From Synechococcus sp. (GTDB taxonomy: Bacteria > Cyanobacteriota > Cyanobacteriia > PCC-6307 > Cyanobiaceae), in NCBI GenBank assembly GCA_047285305.1, contig JBJBDL010000003.1, positions 1,088,001 to 1,152,000 of the forward strand: a stretch of DNA of 64,000 nucleotides, written 5' to 3'. The notes under the pieces were generated by a model, which worked only from the letters and a program-made list of their open reading frames with translations, had not been told where the DNA came from and did not search any database. Positions 24,860-36,379 of the stretch are shown piece by piece. Each line of letters begins with the position of its first letter. The stretch's first letter is position 1. Position numbers and translations under genes: made by a program.

Positions 24860-26704
24860 TTGACCCCGGAGCTTTCGCTTCCCATACAGACCGCCTGGTT
24901 GATCCCGCTCTATGGGTTCATCGGGATGCTGGTTTCGCTCCCTTGGGCCTGTGGCTTGTTCCGCAGAGATGCCCATCGACCGGCGGCCTACCTCAATATT
25001 GTTCTCACCCTGCTGGCCTTCGCCCACGGAAGCCTGATCCTGCAGGAGGTGTACCAATCAGGGCCAGTAGATCTGGCCTACCCCTGGCTCAGCGTGGCTG
25101 ATCTGGAGCTGAACATCAGCTTCAGTCTGTCGCTTACCAACCTGGTGGCACTGGAACTGATCACGGGCCTCAGCCTGCTGTCGCAGGTGTATTCCCTGGG
25201 CTACATGGACAAGGAATGGGCTTTGGCCCGCTTCTTTGCTCTGCTCGGTTTTTTTGAGGGTGCGATGAGTGGTGTCGTTCTCAGCGACTCCCTGTTCCAG
25301 AGCTATTTCCTGCTGGAGATGCTGACGCTCTCCACCTATTTATTAGTGGGTTTCTGGTATGCCCAACCCCTGGTGGTCACAGCAGCCCGGGATGCCTTCC
25401 TTACCAAGCGCGTTGGTGATGTGCTGCTGCTGATGGGTGTGGTGGCGCTCTGCAGCTATTCCGGCGTGATGGGATTCAACGACCTTTACGCCTGGGCCGC
25501 TCAAGACACCCTCTCTCCCTTGGCGGCAACGCTTTTGGGTTTGGGCCTGGTCGCTGGCCCAACGGGCAAATGCGCCCAGTTCCCCATGCACCTCTGGCTG
25601 GACGAAGCCATGGAGGGCCCGAACCCTGCTTCGATTCTGCGGAACTCGGTGGTGGTGACCTGCGGCGCGATCGTGCTGCTGAAGGTGATGCCCATCCTTC
25701 AGCTCTCGCCCATCGCCATCGGCGTGATGCTCGTGATCGGCAGCATCAGTGCGATCGGTGGCTCTTTGGTGGCACTGGCTCAGGTGGACATCAAACGCAC
25801 GCTGTCGTATTCCACAACGGCCCACATGGGCCTTGTCTTCATCGCCATTGCGCTGCAGATCCCTGTTCTGGCCTTGTTGCTGCTGTTCACTCATGCAGTG
25901 TCCAAGGCGCTGCTGTCGATGAGCATCGGCGGTGTGATTGCCTCAACCAACTGTCAGGACATCACCGAACTGGGGGGATTGGGCAGCCGCATGCCGGCCA
26001 CCACCACGGCGTTTCTTGTGGGTGGTGCTGGTTTGGTGGGCTTCCTGCCCCTGGGTGGCTTCCTGGCCCTGGCCCAGTCGATTGAACTGCTGAGCGTGCG
26101 CTCGGTGCCGTTCATGGCGGTCTTCCTCCTCACCAACGCACTCACCGCCATGGGTCTGGTGCGGGTGTTCCGCCATGTGTTCATGGGGGATTCCCTGATC
26201 AAGTCCCGCCGGGCTGCCGAGGTGAACTGGCAGATGGCGTTCCCGATGGTGGCGCTCACCGTGATTGTGCTGATCACCCCGCTGTTGCTGGTGCGGCTTG
26301 AATCGCTCGATGGTTTGTTGGCCTTCCCCCTCTGGGCAGCAGCTCTGGTGGTGGGAAGCGGACTGCTGGGCCTGCTGGCTGGCGCCGTTCTCCCTCTGAG
26401 CAAGGCCTGGTCCCGCTCGCTGAATCCTGCGCTGCGCTGGTGGCAGGACCTGCTGGCTTATGACTTCTACACCGAGCGCTTCTATCGCCTCACCATCGTC
26501 AACGTGGTGGCTGGCTTCTCTCGCCTGGCCTCCTGGTTCGACCGAAATGTGGTGGATGGTCTTCTCAATGGGGTGGCTCGCTTCTCCTTGGCCAGTGCCG
26601 ACAGCCTCAAGCTCAGCGTCAGCGGCCAGAGCCAGTCATATGTGCTGACGGTGCTCCTGGCCATTGTTCTTTTCCTCACCGCGGTGAGCTGGTTCCTCAC
26701 CTGA
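24860..26704 (+). CDS. ndhF4: NDH-1 CO2-uptake subunit F
   Basis: GKCAQFPMHLWLDEAMEGP, DIKRTLSYST; in operon with ndhD and cupB. Confidence 0.88.
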   Translation: MTPELSLPIQTAWLIPLYGFIGMLVSLPWACGLFRRDAHRPAAYLNIVLTLLAFAHGSLILQEVYQSGPVDLAYPWLSVADLELNISFSLSLTNLVALELITGLSLLSQVYSLGYMDKEWALARFFALLGFFEGAMSGVVLSDSLFQSYFLLEMLTLSTYLLVGFWYAQPLVVTAARDAFLTKRVGDVLLLMGVVALCSYSGVMGFNDLYAWAAQDTLSPLAATLLGLGLVAGPTGKCAQFPMHLWLDEAMEGPNPASILRNSVVVTCGAIVLLKVMPILQLSPIAIGVMLVIGSISAIGGSLVALAQVDIKRTLSYSTTAHMGLVFIAIALQIPVLALLLLFTHAVSKALLSMSIGGVIASTNCQDITELGGLGSRMPATTTAFLVGGAGLVGFLPLGGFLALAQSIELLSVRSVPFMAVFLLTNALTAMGLVRVFRHVFMGDSLIKSRRAAEVNWQMAFPMVALTVIVLITPLLLVRLESLDGLLAFPLWAAALVVGSGLLGLLAGAVLPLSKAWSRSLNPALRWWQDLLAYDFYTERFYRLTIVNVVAGFSRLASWFDRNVVDGLLNGVARFSLASADSLKLSVSGQSQSYVLTVLLAIVLFLTAVSWFLT

Positions 26705-26714
26705 TCGCCCCGAG

Positions 26715-28205
26715 ATGCTTCTTTCCCTCCTGCTTTTGATTCCCTTCCTCGGGGCTCTGGCTCTGATCCTCTGGCCGGGAACCCCCTCCAGTGAACGCCT
26801 GCGCGATGTGTCCATTGTGCTGCTGGTGGTGCAGTGTCTGGCGAGCTTTGCCCTGCTGCTGCCTTTCGATGCCGCCGACGCAGGTTTGCAGTTGGTGGAA
26901 CAGGCCCGCTGGGTGCATGCCATCGGCCTGGATTACGCCTTGGCGCTGGACGGTCTTTCCTTGCCGCTGGTGTTGATGAATGGGGTGCTCTGCCTGGTGG
27001 CGGCCATATCGTCGCGCACGATCGAAAACCGCCCCCGGGTCTACTTCGCCCTGTTGCTGGTGATTTCCGGAGCAGTGAATGGTGCCTTCCTGGCCCAGAA
27101 CCTTCTGCTCTTCTTCCTGTTCTACGAACTGGAACTCATCCCCCTCTGGATGTTGATCGCTGTGTGGGGTGGTGCCAACAGGGCTTACGCCGCCACGAAG
27201 TTTCTGATCGTCACCGCCGTCTCAGGCGTGCTGATCCTGGGTGCGTTCCTTGGCATTGCTCTGGTCACCGGAACCATGGACTTCAGCCTGCGGCCGATCC
27301 TTGCCGGAGAACTGGGCATGACCGCCCAGCTGCTGCTGATGGGTGCTCTTTTGATCGGCTTTGGCATCAAGATCCCCCTCTTCCCCTTCCACACCTGGCT
27401 GCCGGATGCCCACACCGAGGCCTCCACACCGGTGTCGGTTCTTCTGGCAGGTGTGCTGCTCAAGCTGGGCACCTACGGCCTGCTGCGTTTCTGCCTTGGC
27501 TTATTCCCCGATGCCTGGCAGCTCGCATCTCCATGGTTGGCCGGTTGGGCTGCGATCTCAGTGCTCTACGGATCGCTGGCCGCGATCGCCCAGACCGACA
27601 TGAAGCGCATGGTGGCCTACAGCTCTGTTGGACACATGGGTTACGTGCTGCTGGCTGCCGCCGCCGCCACGCCGCTCGGGTTGATGGGAGCCCTGTTCCA
27701 GATGGTGAGCCATGGCCTGATCTCCGGGGTGCTGTTCCTAGTGGTGGGTGTCGTTTACGCCCAGACCGGTACCCGTGACCTCAACGTGTTGCGTGGCCTG
27801 CTCAATCCCCAGCGCGGCCTGCCGTTGACGGGATCTCTGATGATCATCGGGGTGATGGCCAGTGCCGGAATTCCCGGCATGGCCGGCTTTATCTCAGAAT
27901 TTCTGATTTTCCGCGGCAGCCTGCAGCCCTTCCCCCTGGCCACGCTGCTTTCCATGGTGGGATCGGGCCTAACGGCGGTGTATTTCCTGTTGTTGGTGAA
28001 CCGCGCCTTCTTCGGTCGCCTGGCGATCGCACCCGGCGAGGTGGTGAATCCCCGTATCCTCAATCGCGTAGCGCTGCGGGAGCAGGCCCCGGCCATCGCC
28101 CTCAGCTTCGGTGTGCTTGTGCTTGGCCTTGCTCCGGAGCTGCTCTCGAACCTCAGTGAGGCGGCTACCACGGGCCTCAGCCTGATCACTGGAGATCTGT
28201 CATGA
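26715..28205 (+). CDS. ndhD4: NDH-1 CO2-uptake subunit D
   Basis: FFLFYELELIP, PFHTWLPDAH, LLKLGTYG, DMKRMVAYSS. Confidence 0.88.
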   Translation: MLLSLLLLIPFLGALALILWPGTPSSERLRDVSIVLLVVQCLASFALLLPFDAADAGLQLVEQARWVHAIGLDYALALDGLSLPLVLMNGVLCLVAAISSRTIENRPRVYFALLLVISGAVNGAFLAQNLLLFFLFYELELIPLWMLIAVWGGANRAYAATKFLIVTAVSGVLILGAFLGIALVTGTMDFSLRPILAGELGMTAQLLLMGALLIGFGIKIPLFPFHTWLPDAHTEASTPVSVLLAGVLLKLGTYGLLRFCLGLFPDAWQLASPWLAGWAAISVLYGSLAAIAQTDMKRMVAYSSVGHMGYVLLAAAAATPLGLMGALFQMVSHGLISGVLFLVVGVVYAQTGTRDLNVLRGLLNPQRGLPLTGSLMIIGVMASAGIPGMAGFISEFLIFRGSLQPFPLATLLSMVGSGLTAVYFLLLVNRAFFGRLAIAPGEVVNPRILNRVALREQAPAIALSFGVLVLGLAPELLSNLSEAATTGLSLITGDLS

Positions 28206-29341
28206 CCCCGACATCCTCATCCACCGTTCAACCTCCGGTGCTTCCCGATCAGGAGGATTTGATCCGTTGTTTGCTCAGCGATACGCCGCTGCTCAAGGAC
28301 ACCCCCGACCATCTGCTGCAGGTGGTGAATGTGCTCGAGAGCTATGGGCTTGTTCTCGATGCCTACAGCAAGAACCTGGTGGATCAGGGCGAGCAGCAGA
28401 TGCTCAATCCCTTTCCGGTGTTCCGCTTTTTCCACGAGGGGTTCAGCTTCAAGCGCCTGTGGAACCATCTGATGGGGGATCGCATCAATTTCGAGTACGC
28501 CGAGTACTGCCAGAAGGCGATGTTCTGGCATGGAACCGGCGGGCTGGATGCCTACCTCGACACGCCTGAATTCGCGGAGGCCTGCCAGCGGATCATTAAG
28601 CGCAAGTCTGCGCGGGACCCTCTGTTAGCCCTGAACAACCGCCTCTATCCCGACTTTGCCCCGGAGGCCATCCGCTCACTAACCACGATTTATTGCCTCG
28701 GTCTGTTCTGGCGGGTGATGAGTGACATCTTTGTTGACCTGGCCCGCCGCTATGCAATCAAGGAAGTCACCTGCGTCAACGATGTGGTGCATCACATCCG
28801 CGATGGCTTGGTGGCTGCGGCTGGAAGCCCGATTGAATACAAGGTGACGATCGGTGGTGAAGAGATTTGGGTGCTTCCCCCTGAGGCGGGTCTCACGTTC
28901 CTGGTGGATGTTGCGGTGCCCTACGTGGAGGCCGTTTTCTTCCGCGGCATGCCCTTCCTTGGAACGGTGTCCTACAACGCCCAGGCCCGGCAGATCTCTC
29001 CGGACATAAGTGATTTCAAGTACGGCGCCCTGTATGCCGATCCGATTCCGAGCATGGGTGCGGGCATTCCCCCCAGCCTCTGCATGCAGGACATGTACCG
29101 CCACCTGCCCGAGGAACTGAGCCTCTGGTACGACGACAACGGTCGTGGCCAAACGGACGTGCACGTGCAGATCTGCGTCAGCTTCCAGAAGTCGATGTTC
29201 TGCGTCACCAATGCCGCCATCGCCGGCACCATGCCCCATCCGCTGGACACCAATGATCCCGAGCAGCAGGCCGCCAATCAGGCCTACGCCGAGGCCTGGT
29301 CTGGGCGCCTGATGGGCTGCCAGCGGGTGGCGCTCCTCTAG
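28202..29341 (+). CDS. cupB: CO2 hydration protein ChpX/CupB
   Basis: DRINFEYAEYC, PFLGTVSYNAQA, YGALYADP; 379-aa length fits CupB better than CupA. Confidence 0.88.
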   Translation: MTPTSSSTVQPPVLPDQEDLIRCLLSDTPLLKDTPDHLLQVVNVLESYGLVLDAYSKNLVDQGEQQMLNPFPVFRFFHEGFSFKRLWNHLMGDRINFEYAEYCQKAMFWHGTGGLDAYLDTPEFAEACQRIIKRKSARDPLLALNNRLYPDFAPEAIRSLTTIYCLGLFWRVMSDIFVDLARRYAIKEVTCVNDVVHHIRDGLVAAAGSPIEYKVTIGGEEIWVLPPEAGLTFLVDVAVPYVEAVFFRGMPFLGTVSYNAQARQISPDISDFKYGALYADPIPSMGAGIPPSLCMQDMYRHLPEELSLWYDDNGRGQTDVHVQICVSFQKSMFCVTNAAIAGTMPHPLDTNDPEQQAANQAYAEAWSGRLMGCQRVALL

Positions 29342-29375
29342 GTTTTCAGCAGATTCAGGCTGAACGGGGACTCTG

Positions 29376-29627
29376 ATGAATCAGTGGCAGGAGCGGAAAC
29401 GACCCGTATGCCTCGAGTGTCGTTTCGAGTTTGATAGCTACGACGCCACCAGGGATTTTCTTGACAAGCTCGGCGACCACAGCGAGGCGACCCAGCGCTT
29501 TCCCGACATCAGCTTCGGGCGCACCTACGTGAACATCACGATCCGGCCGGAGGATGACAGCCCCGATGCCCAGCTGAGCGAAGCCGATCGCGCCTTTGCC
29601 GCAGAGATCGATGCCCTCCTCAGTTGA
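29376..29627 (+). CDS. PCD-like Rubisco assembly factor (acRAF/Raf2)
   Basis: [36 protein letters not shown]; adjacent to the cso locus. Confidence 0.85.
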   Translation: MNQWQERKRPVCLECRFEFDSYDATRDFLDKLGDHSEATQRFPDISFGRTYVNITIRPEDDSPDAQLSEADRAFAAEIDALLS

Positions 29628-30516
29628 TCTGGCTTCGGCCTACGCCGATTCCGGTGTGGCTGAGGTGTTGGACCAACTGGATCGTGAACTGATCGGCCTG
29701 GCACCGGTGAAGACGCGGGTCCGGGAGATTGCAGCGCTGCTTCTGGTGGATCAGGCGCGGCAGCAACTGGAGTTGCCCAGCACCGCGCCCAGTTTGCACA
29801 TGTCGTTCACCGGCCATCCCGGCACGGGCAAGACCACCGTGGCGCAGCGGATGTCGCAAATCCTGCATCGCCTCGGTTACCTCCGCAAAGGCCATGTGGT
29901 GACGGCCACCCGCGACGATCTCGTGGGTCAGTATGTGGGTCACACCGCCCCAAAAACCAAGGAGATGCTCAAGCGTGCCCAGGGTGGCGTGCTGTTCATC
30001 GATGAGGCCTATTACCTCTACAAGCCAGACAACGAACGCGATTACGGCGCCGAAGCGATTGAGATTCTCCTGCAGGAGATGGAGAGCCGGCGCAGCGACG
30101 TTGTGGTGATCTTTGCCGGCTACAGAGATCGGATGGAGACCTTCTACAGCTCAAATCCAGGCCTGTCTTCAAGGGTGGCGCACCATCTCGATTTCCCCGA
30201 CTACAGCGACGACGAGCTGATGGCGATTGCAGGGCTGCTCCTCGAGGCCCAGCACTACCAGTTCAGTGCCGAGGCCGAGACGGCGTTCTCCGATTACGTC
30301 TCGCGCCGGCGTCAGCTGCCTTTCTTCGCCAACGCTCGCTCGGTTCGCAATGCCTTGGATCGGGCCCGTCTGCGCCAGGCCAACCGGTTGTTTTCGCGGA
30401 TGGGAGAAGCCCTCACCAAACAGGATCTCACAACGATTGAGGAGGCCGACATCCGGGCCAGTCGTGTGTTCAAGGGTGAAGTGGAGGGCCACCATCCCGC
30501 TCAGCACGCCCCCTGA
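29611..30516 (+). CDS. cbbX: CbbX AAA+ protein (Rubisco activase family)
   Basis: [44 protein letters not shown]. Confidence 0.95.
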   Translation: MPSSVDLASAYADSGVAEVLDQLDRELIGLAPVKTRVREIAALLLVDQARQQLELPSTAPSLHMSFTGHPGTGKTTVAQRMSQILHRLGYLRKGHVVTATRDDLVGQYVGHTAPKTKEMLKRAQGGVLFIDEAYYLYKPDNERDYGAEAIEILLQEMESRRSDVVVIFAGYRDRMETFYSSNPGLSSRVAHHLDFPDYSDDELMAIAGLLLEAQHYQFSAEAETAFSDYVSRRRQLPFFANARSVRNALDRARLRQANRLFSRMGEALTKQDLTTIEEADIRASRVFKGEVEGHHPAQHAP

Positions 30517-31696
30517 TCAGCTGCGCCATGCCGAGGCCCACCAGCAGGCCGGCTGTGCCGTGACCCTGCAGGAGGGCAACCCCGAGCACCAGAACCGCCA
30601 ATGGTGCAGGAAGCACGCAGCGGTACAACGCACCTGTGAGGGTGCCGCACCAGCTGCCCAGGCTTCCCAGATCGGGCAACAGCAGGTGGAGTCCCATTCC
30701 AAGTGCGCAGGCCACCAGGAACAAGGGGAAGAACACCCCTCCGCGCCAGCCTGTTTCCAGGCAAAGGCCGAGCATTAGCAGTTTCACGATCGAGGAGAGG
30801 AGTAGAACCCAGGCCTCACTTGAGTTCTGGCCTTCCAGCAGGGGCCCCAGCTGCTCTTCCCCGGCGAAGGGAACCAACGGCACCCAGTGCATGCAGACCC
30901 CCAACAGCAGGCCGGTCAGCAGCGGCCACCAGGGCCATTGGGCCAGGAGTTGGCGCTGCCCCAGCCAGCCTCGCCACTGCAGAAACAACAAACCCAGGCC
31001 GCAACCGATGAGTCCCCCCAATAGGCCTGCGCTGAGGCTGCCGAGATCTTCCCCCAGGTTGCTGGGCCATATGTACGGAAGCCGTTGCAGCGATCCACCG
31101 CTGGCGGTTCCCATGCCATTGAAGGCGGTGTAACCGGCAACGCCGCCAAGGCTGCCCGGCAACCAGCGGTCGAGGAAGGTCTGCTTGCGGTTTTTTGGAT
31201 GAGCGACCTCGCCAACCACAGCACCACCCAGCAGTGGAGCTCCGAAGAAGGCGAGGCTCCCTGCCACTGTTGCTTCCAGCAGCTTCTGGTCACGACCACG
31301 CCAGATCTGTTGACTGATCAGGGCGGCCATGCGGCTCATCAGGGCCTCAGGTCCGATGCAACCTCCCCCAACCTGGGCCAGAGCCGCTCCGAGAAGGCCG
31401 CGAGCTTCATCGCGTTTTGGCGCCTGGTCGGGATCACGCAGATCACTCAGGGTGTCTCGCAACTCCGGTAGCAGCGTGGTGGGGCCGGGGCGATGCAGCA
31501 GCGAAAGAATCAAGCCGCTGCCGCCGCAGATCAGCAGCGACCAGCCCAGGGGGAGGCTGCGTTCCAAGCCCTCGAGCACCGGATCTCCCCAGAGCCGCTG
31601 GCTTAAGCCGCCGATCCAACCCATCACCACCGCCACACCGGCGCCGCTCAGGGCGCCGGTGAGGAGGGCCATCAGGCTGAGGCGAAGGCGAGTCAC
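30470..31696 (-). CDS. Chloride channel (ClC)-like membrane protein
   Basis: [18 protein letters not shown], many TM helices; 3' end overlaps convergent cbbX. Confidence 0.8.
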   Translation of the reverse strand: MTRLRLSLMALLTGALSGAGVAVVMGWIGGLSQRLWGDPVLEGLERSLPLGWSLLICGGSGLILSLLHRPGPTTLLPELRDTLSDLRDPDQAPKRDEARGLLGAALAQVGGGCIGPEALMSRMAALISQQIWRGRDQKLLEATVAGSLAFFGAPLLGGAVVGEVAHPKNRKQTFLDRWLPGSLGGVAGYTAFNGMGTASGGSLQRLPYIWPSNLGEDLGSLSAGLLGGLIGCGLGLLFLQWRGWLGQRQLLAQWPWWPLLTGLLLGVCMHWVPLVPFAGEEQLGPLLEGQNSSEAWVLLLSSIVKLLMLGLCLETGWRGGVFFPLFLVACALGMGLHLLLPDLGSLGSWCGTLTGALYRCVLPAPLAVLVLGVALLQGHGTAGLLVGLGMAQLIRGRAERDGGPPLHP

Positions 31697-31932
31697 CAGT
31701 GCGGGTCGGTGGCGAATTCAACGCTGAGTTTCGCTGATTTCGATGCCGGAACGGTGCTGATGCAGGCGCGAACCGTCTTGCCGTTTACGTCGATCTCGCA
31801 GGCCCCGCAGCTGCCCCCCAGGCAACCGGTGGGAATGCTGATGCCCGCTCCACTGGCGGCCACCAACCAGTCCTGGCCGATGGTTTCGTGGGTGATGCGC
31901 CCATCGGGCCAGCGCACAGGAATCGACTTCAT
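31693..31932 (-). CDS. Small 2Fe-2S ferredoxin-like protein
   Basis: [14 protein letters not shown]...RAC. Confidence 0.9.
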   Translation of the reverse strand: MKSIPVRWPDGRITHETIGQDWLVAASGAGISIPTGCLGGSCGACEIDVNGKTVRACISTVPASKSAKLSVEFATDPHW

Positions 31933-33425
31933 GGCTGGAGCAATGGAGCAAGGTTCACATGTTGCTCGAAGGCATCGGCAAGGCGATCGAGCAACAGATC
32001 ACGGTGTGCGCTGTGGTTCTTGGGTTCGTTGGCCAACGGTTGCAGACCCCGTTGCTCGCGAAGCCTGTTGAGCCATGCCCGTCGCCAAGGGCCGTTGTCG
32101 AGCAACCCGTGTAGGTAAGTGCCCACCACGCTCGAACCCTTGGGCCCGGGAGCCCACCACCCCAAACCAGGGTTGCTGCTCAGCGGCTGAAGACCGGGAT
32201 CCGGGGTGGTGGTTCCGTAGTGAAGTTCAAATCCGCTCAGCGGTGTTTCCATGGGCCAGAGGCCATCGATGCTGCGCTGGCTCAGCCGTTTCGTGCCGCT
32301 GAAGGTGGTTTCCAGGGGCAGGAGTCCCAGGCCGATCTGGGGTCCCCGCTGATCGGTGCCCTCCAGTCCCTCCGGATCGTTCAACGTTTTGCCCAGCATC
32401 TGCATTCCGCCGCAGATGCCCAGGATGGATCCCCCAGCGTGGGCGTAGGCCCTGAGTTGATCGGCCAGTCCACAGCTGTTCAACGCCTCCAGATCCCGCA
32501 GCGTCTGCTTGCTTCCCGGAAGAATCACGGCATCCGGCTCCCCCAGGGGTTCCCCGGGTTGAATCCAGCGCAGCTTCAGGCTGGCTTCGGCTTCGAGCGG
32601 ATCGAGATCGGAGAAGTTGCTCAGGGAGGGCAACCGCAGCACAGCTATCTCCAGATCGGTGGCCCCGCGGGTGGGTTTGCGTTCCAGCAGATCGAGGGAA
32701 TCTTCTGGTGGAAACAGCTCGTTGAGCCAGGGCATCACCCCCAGCACCGGTACCCCGGTGTTGGCTTCCAGCCATTGGCGACCCTCATCAAACAGCTCCC
32801 GACGGCCGCGGAAGCGGTTGATCAGGATTCCTTTGATCAGTGGGCGCTCCACCGGGCGCAGCAAAGCGAGCGTCCCAACGATCTGGGCGAAGACGCCGCC
32901 GCGCTCAATGTCGGCCACCAGCAGGCAGTTGGCCCGCAGGTACTGGGCCAGGCGCAGGTTGGTGAGGTCGCGGCGTTGCAGGTTCACTTCCACCGGGCTT
33001 CCCGCCCCCTCCAGCACCAGCCGGCCTTGCGGCCATTGCTGCTGGAGCTGCATCAGCCCAGTGCGGATCGCTTGCCAACCGGGGCGGAACCAGTCGCGGT
33101 AGTAGTGCTCGGCGCGGGCGATCCCCACGCTTTGGCCCCCATGGATCACCTCACTGGTGCTGTCTCCCCGGGGTTTCAGCAGCACGGGATTCATGGCGCA
33201 GCAGGGCTCAAGGCCCGCCGCCCAGGCCTGCATGGCCTGGGAGTAGGCCATCTCGCCGCCATCGGCATCCACCCAAGCGTTGTTGCTCATGTTCTGGCCC
33301 TTGAAGGGCAGTGCCTGTTCCCCACGGCGTTTGAGCACCCGGCACAACGCCGCCGTCATCAGCGATTTGCCGGCACCGCTGGAGGTGCCCAGCACCATCA
33401 GGGGTCGCGGCGTGGTGCGGGTCAC
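31929..33425 (-). CDS. cobQ: Cobyric acid synthase
   Basis: [46 protein letters not shown]. Confidence 0.96.
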   Translation of the reverse strand: MTRTTPRPLMVLGTSSGAGKSLMTAALCRVLKRRGEQALPFKGQNMSNNAWVDADGGEMAYSQAMQAWAAGLEPCCAMNPVLLKPRGDSTSEVIHGGQSVGIARAEHYYRDWFRPGWQAIRTGLMQLQQQWPQGRLVLEGAGSPVEVNLQRRDLTNLRLAQYLRANCLLVADIERGGVFAQIVGTLALLRPVERPLIKGILINRFRGRRELFDEGRQWLEANTGVPVLGVMPWLNELFPPEDSLDLLERKPTRGATDLEIAVLRLPSLSNFSDLDPLEAEASLKLRWIQPGEPLGEPDAVILPGSKQTLRDLEALNSCGLADQLRAYAHAGGSILGICGGMQMLGKTLNDPEGLEGTDQRGPQIGLGLLPLETTFSGTKRLSQRSIDGLWPMETPLSGFELHYGTTTPDPGLQPLSSNPGLGWWAPGPKGSSVVGTYLHGLLDNGPWRRAWLNRLREQRGLQPLANEPKNHSAHRDLLLDRLADAFEQHVNLAPLLQP

Positions 33426-33865
33426 AGCGGCCAGTGCCGACGCAGGCTGTGACGCAGACGCTCCAGCACCGAAATCGAACGCTGCAGGAGTTCAGGGTCG
33501 TCGTCGAGGAGTTGGCGACCCAGGGGTGTGAGCCTGAAGCGGCTGGTCAGCCCTTGCCCATCTACTTCCCGGCGGAGCACGCCCACGCTGATCAGCCAAC
33601 GCAGGTCGTCTTCGAGGGCTTCGCTGTTGCGGAACCAGCGTGTCTTGCGGCCGTAGCGGCTGGGTTCGCTCCAGAGTTCGCCAGCATCCAATCCTTGCTG
33701 CTGAAGATCCCGGTAGAGGGCTTCAGAGAAGGGCAGGCATCCCATGGCCCGGCAGGCCCGGTCACGGCTTCGTCGATCCAGCAGGTCGGTGGGGTGAGCG
33801 ATGGCAAAGCCTTCCGTCCCTGGCAGCCTACGGAGCGTTGTTCTGCGGTGTGTTCCCGTGCTCAT
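33422..33865 (-). CDS. Conserved cyanobacterial protein (Npun_F0494-like)
   Basis: [29 protein letters not shown]; start uncertain. Confidence 0.75.
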   Translation of the reverse strand: MSTGTHRRTTLRRLPGTEGFAIAHPTDLLDRRSRDRACRAMGCLPFSEALYRDLQQQGLDAGELWSEPSRYGRKTRWFRNSEALEDDLRWLISVGVLRREVDGQGLTSRFRLTPLGRQLLDDDPELLQRSISVLERLRHSLRRHWPL

Positions 33866-34430
33866 GCTTGCTTCCGCCTCGCCGGCGCGTCGCTGTTTGC
33901 TCGAGCAAGCGGGAATTCCGCATCAGGTGCGCGTCAGCGGTGTGGATGAAGACCAGATCCAGCATGCGGAGCCCGCAAAGCTGGTGAAATTGCTGGCTCA
34001 GGCCAAGGCCACAGCTGTCGCCCAGACGCTTGACCCGGTGGACGATGCCGAGATTACGGCTGTGCTGGGCTGTGATTCCGTGCTCAGTTTTGAAGGGCAG
34101 GTGTTCGGCAAGCCCTCAGGGCCAGCTGAGGCAATCGAGCGTTGGCAGCGGATGGCTGGCGGCTGCGGATCTCTGCTGACGGGCCATTGCCTGATCCGTC
34201 GCGGACAACCTGAGCATTTGGCGTGCGTGGAAACGGTGGTGCGCTTTGCCCCGCTCAGCCAGGCCGAGATCAAGGCCTACGTGGCCAGTGGAGAACCGCT
34301 GCAATGCGCTGGTGGGTTTGCCCTCGAGGGCCGCGGCGGCCTCTGCATCGATGGTTTGGATGGCTGTTATTCCAACGTGATCGGCCTGAGCCTTCCCTGG
34401 TTGCGTCAGCAGCTTTCAGCTTTGGCTTAG
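33858..34430 (+). CDS. maf: Maf nucleotide pyrophosphatase
   Basis: [33 protein letters not shown]. Confidence 0.93.
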   Translation: MLMLASASPARRCLLEQAGIPHQVRVSGVDEDQIQHAEPAKLVKLLAQAKATAVAQTLDPVDDAEITAVLGCDSVLSFEGQVFGKPSGPAEAIERWQRMAGGCGSLLTGHCLIRRGQPEHLACVETVVRFAPLSQAEIKAYVASGEPLQCAGGFALEGRGGLCIDGLDGCYSNVIGLSLPWLRQQLSALA

Positions 34431-35047
34431 TGCAGCAGCAAATTTCGCGTTCCCGAAATCGCTTGCATGGCCAGCAGCACAGCCACCAGCAGATTGCTGC
34501 TGATGTGAATGCGCCTGGCCTGCACGGAATGACCAATCAAGGGCTGCAGTGCCGTCGTGCTCAGCAACAGAGCGGTGAGCAATATTCCCATCCAGAAATG
34601 GGACTGCCAGAACAGGGGGCTCCAGGGAACATCGCTGAATCGTTTCACAGCCGGTTGCAGCCCCAGCAGGAGCAGGCCGCACGCACTGGCAACAGCCCAG
34701 AGAAAGCGCTGCCAGACCAGCCGTGTCGCTAGCAGGCGCCCGAAGCCAAACATCACAGCGCAGCCTGTGACGAACAGACCCAGGGGATGGACGCTCCAGA
34801 GACTTTGGCTCAGGCCGATCAGCACCGCCACCAGCACCCCGCCGGTCACCCAGGCCCCATGCTGCGCGTGCTCCACCGGCACTGTGTCGCCAATCGGGTT
34901 GATCTTGAGCCGCTTTTCCCGCGCCAGGATCCCCAGCCGGATTGTGGCGCCCACCACCGGGTAGACGAACAGGATCATCAGTACGGGGTGGATCAATCCC
35001 AGCCAGTCGTGGCCGGTGAGTGTTTGCAGTGCCTCGGGATCAGCCAA
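34427..35047 (-). CDS. DUF4079-like membrane protein
   Basis: [32 protein letters not shown]; start uncertain. Confidence 0.75.
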   Translation of the reverse strand: MADPEALQTLTGHDWLGLIHPVLMILFVYPVVGATIRLGILAREKRLKINPIGDTVPVEHAQHGAWVTGGVLVAVLIGLSQSLWSVHPLGLFVTGCAVMFGFGRLLATRLVWQRFLWAVASACGLLLLGLQPAVKRFSDVPWSPLFWQSHFWMGILLTALLLSTTALQPLIGHSVQARRIHISSNLLVAVLLAMQAISGTRNLLLH

Positions 35048-35077
35048 AAAAAACGCAACCCTGGATCCAGGGTTGCG
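35046..35077 (-). terminator. Intrinsic terminator of rpsD
   Basis: Palindrome CGCAACCCTGGATCCAGGGTTGCG followed on the minus strand by T8. Confidence 0.75.
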
Positions 35078-35107
35078 CATCGTGGCGTTGTGAACTGCGG
35101 ATCTGGA

Positions 35108-35716
35108 TCAGACCTTGCGGGAGTAGTACTCCACAACCAGCAGTTCGTTGATCTCCAGGGCAACCCACTCGCGTTCGCAGCGGGCGGTGACCTTGGCGCT
35201 CAGCTTGGATTTGTCCAACTCGAGGTGGCTGGGCACGTTGGCCAGACCGGGGAACTCGAGGTTGGCTTCAGCCAGCTTCTTGCTGCACTTGCGCTCTCGG
35301 ATGGCGATCACATCGCCAGGCTTGCACTGGTAGCTGGCGATGTCGGTCACACGACCGTTCACTGTGACGTGGCCATGGTTCACCAGCTGACGGGCGCCCG
35401 GCACGGTGGGACCGAAGCCGAGGCGGAAACAAACATTGTCGAGACGGTTCTCGAGCAGCTTGAGCAGGTTGGTTCCGGTGGAACCTTCCTGGGCGCGCGC
35501 TTTCTTCACGTAGCGCACGAGCTGACGCTCGGAGACGCCGTAGTTGAAGCGAAGCTTTTGCTTCTCTTCGAGACGGATCGCGTATTCAGAGCGCTTGCGA
35601 CGGGCTTGGCCGTGCTGACCGGGGGGATAGGACCGTTTGGCGGCCTTCCGGGTGAGACCGGGGAGGTCTCCCAAGCGCCGCGTGATCCTCAGGCGAGGGC
35701 CGCGGTAACGAGACAT
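35108..35716 (-). CDS. rpsD: 30S ribosomal protein S4
   Basis: [34 protein letters not shown]. Confidence 0.99.
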
Positions 35717-35792
35717 AAGTAGGAAGGTGTGTGTTGAGATCGTGCGGTTGTTGGGCATGCTGGAACCGAAACAGCTCCAGGCATCTGCCGTG

Positions 35793-36071
35793 ATGCACGA
35801 ATCTGTCACTCTATCTGGCGGCCCGATGACCAAGCTGCGACAGGCGTTGAACCAGGCTCTGGCGGCTGTTCTCTTGGCAGGGATTGGTTTTTATCGGCGT
35901 TTCATCTCCCCGATGATCGGGCCCCGCTGCCGTTTCACGCCCACCTGCAGCGCCTATGGCCTTGAGGCCATCCAGAAGCATGGTCCCTGGAAGGGGGGCT
36001 GGCTCACTGTGAAACGGCTGCTGCGCTGCCATCCCTTCACGCCCTGTGGCTGTGACCCGGTGCCCGATTGA
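35793..36071 (+). CDS. yidD: Membrane protein insertion efficiency factor
   Basis: [30 protein letters not shown]. Confidence 0.93.
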
Positions 36072-36343
36072 TGAAGCAGCTCACCTTGTACAGCCGCACT
36101 GGTTGCTGCCTTTGTGAAGGCCTTGAATCCCGCTTGCGCAACCTTGATCTCCTGGGGCTTTCGATCGAGCTGATCGTGATGGATATCGATGCGCCCGGCA
36201 CTCCCCAGGAGCTGAAGGCGCGCTACGACCTCGAGGTGCCCGTGCTCGCGCTCGATGGATCTGAGCTTCCCCGAGTTTCCCCGCGTCTTACGGGTGAGGG
36301 ACTGTTGAATTGGTTGCAACGCTGCCTGTCCACGGCGCTCTGA
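36068..36343 (+). CDS. Glutaredoxin-like protein
   Basis: [19 protein letters not shown]. Confidence 0.85.
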   Translation: MMKQLTLYSRTGCCLCEGLESRLRNLDLLGLSIELIVMDIDAPGTPQELKARYDLEVPVLALDGSELPRVSPRLTGEGLLNWLQRCLSTAL

Positions 36344-36379
36344 ACGGCTTAAAACTCTCCCAAGCACAGGGGAGATGGG

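Noticed and set aside
30470..30516. 47-bp convergent overlap of cbbX and the ClC-like gene
   Set aside because: Short 3' overlaps are common in compact picocyanobacterial genomes.
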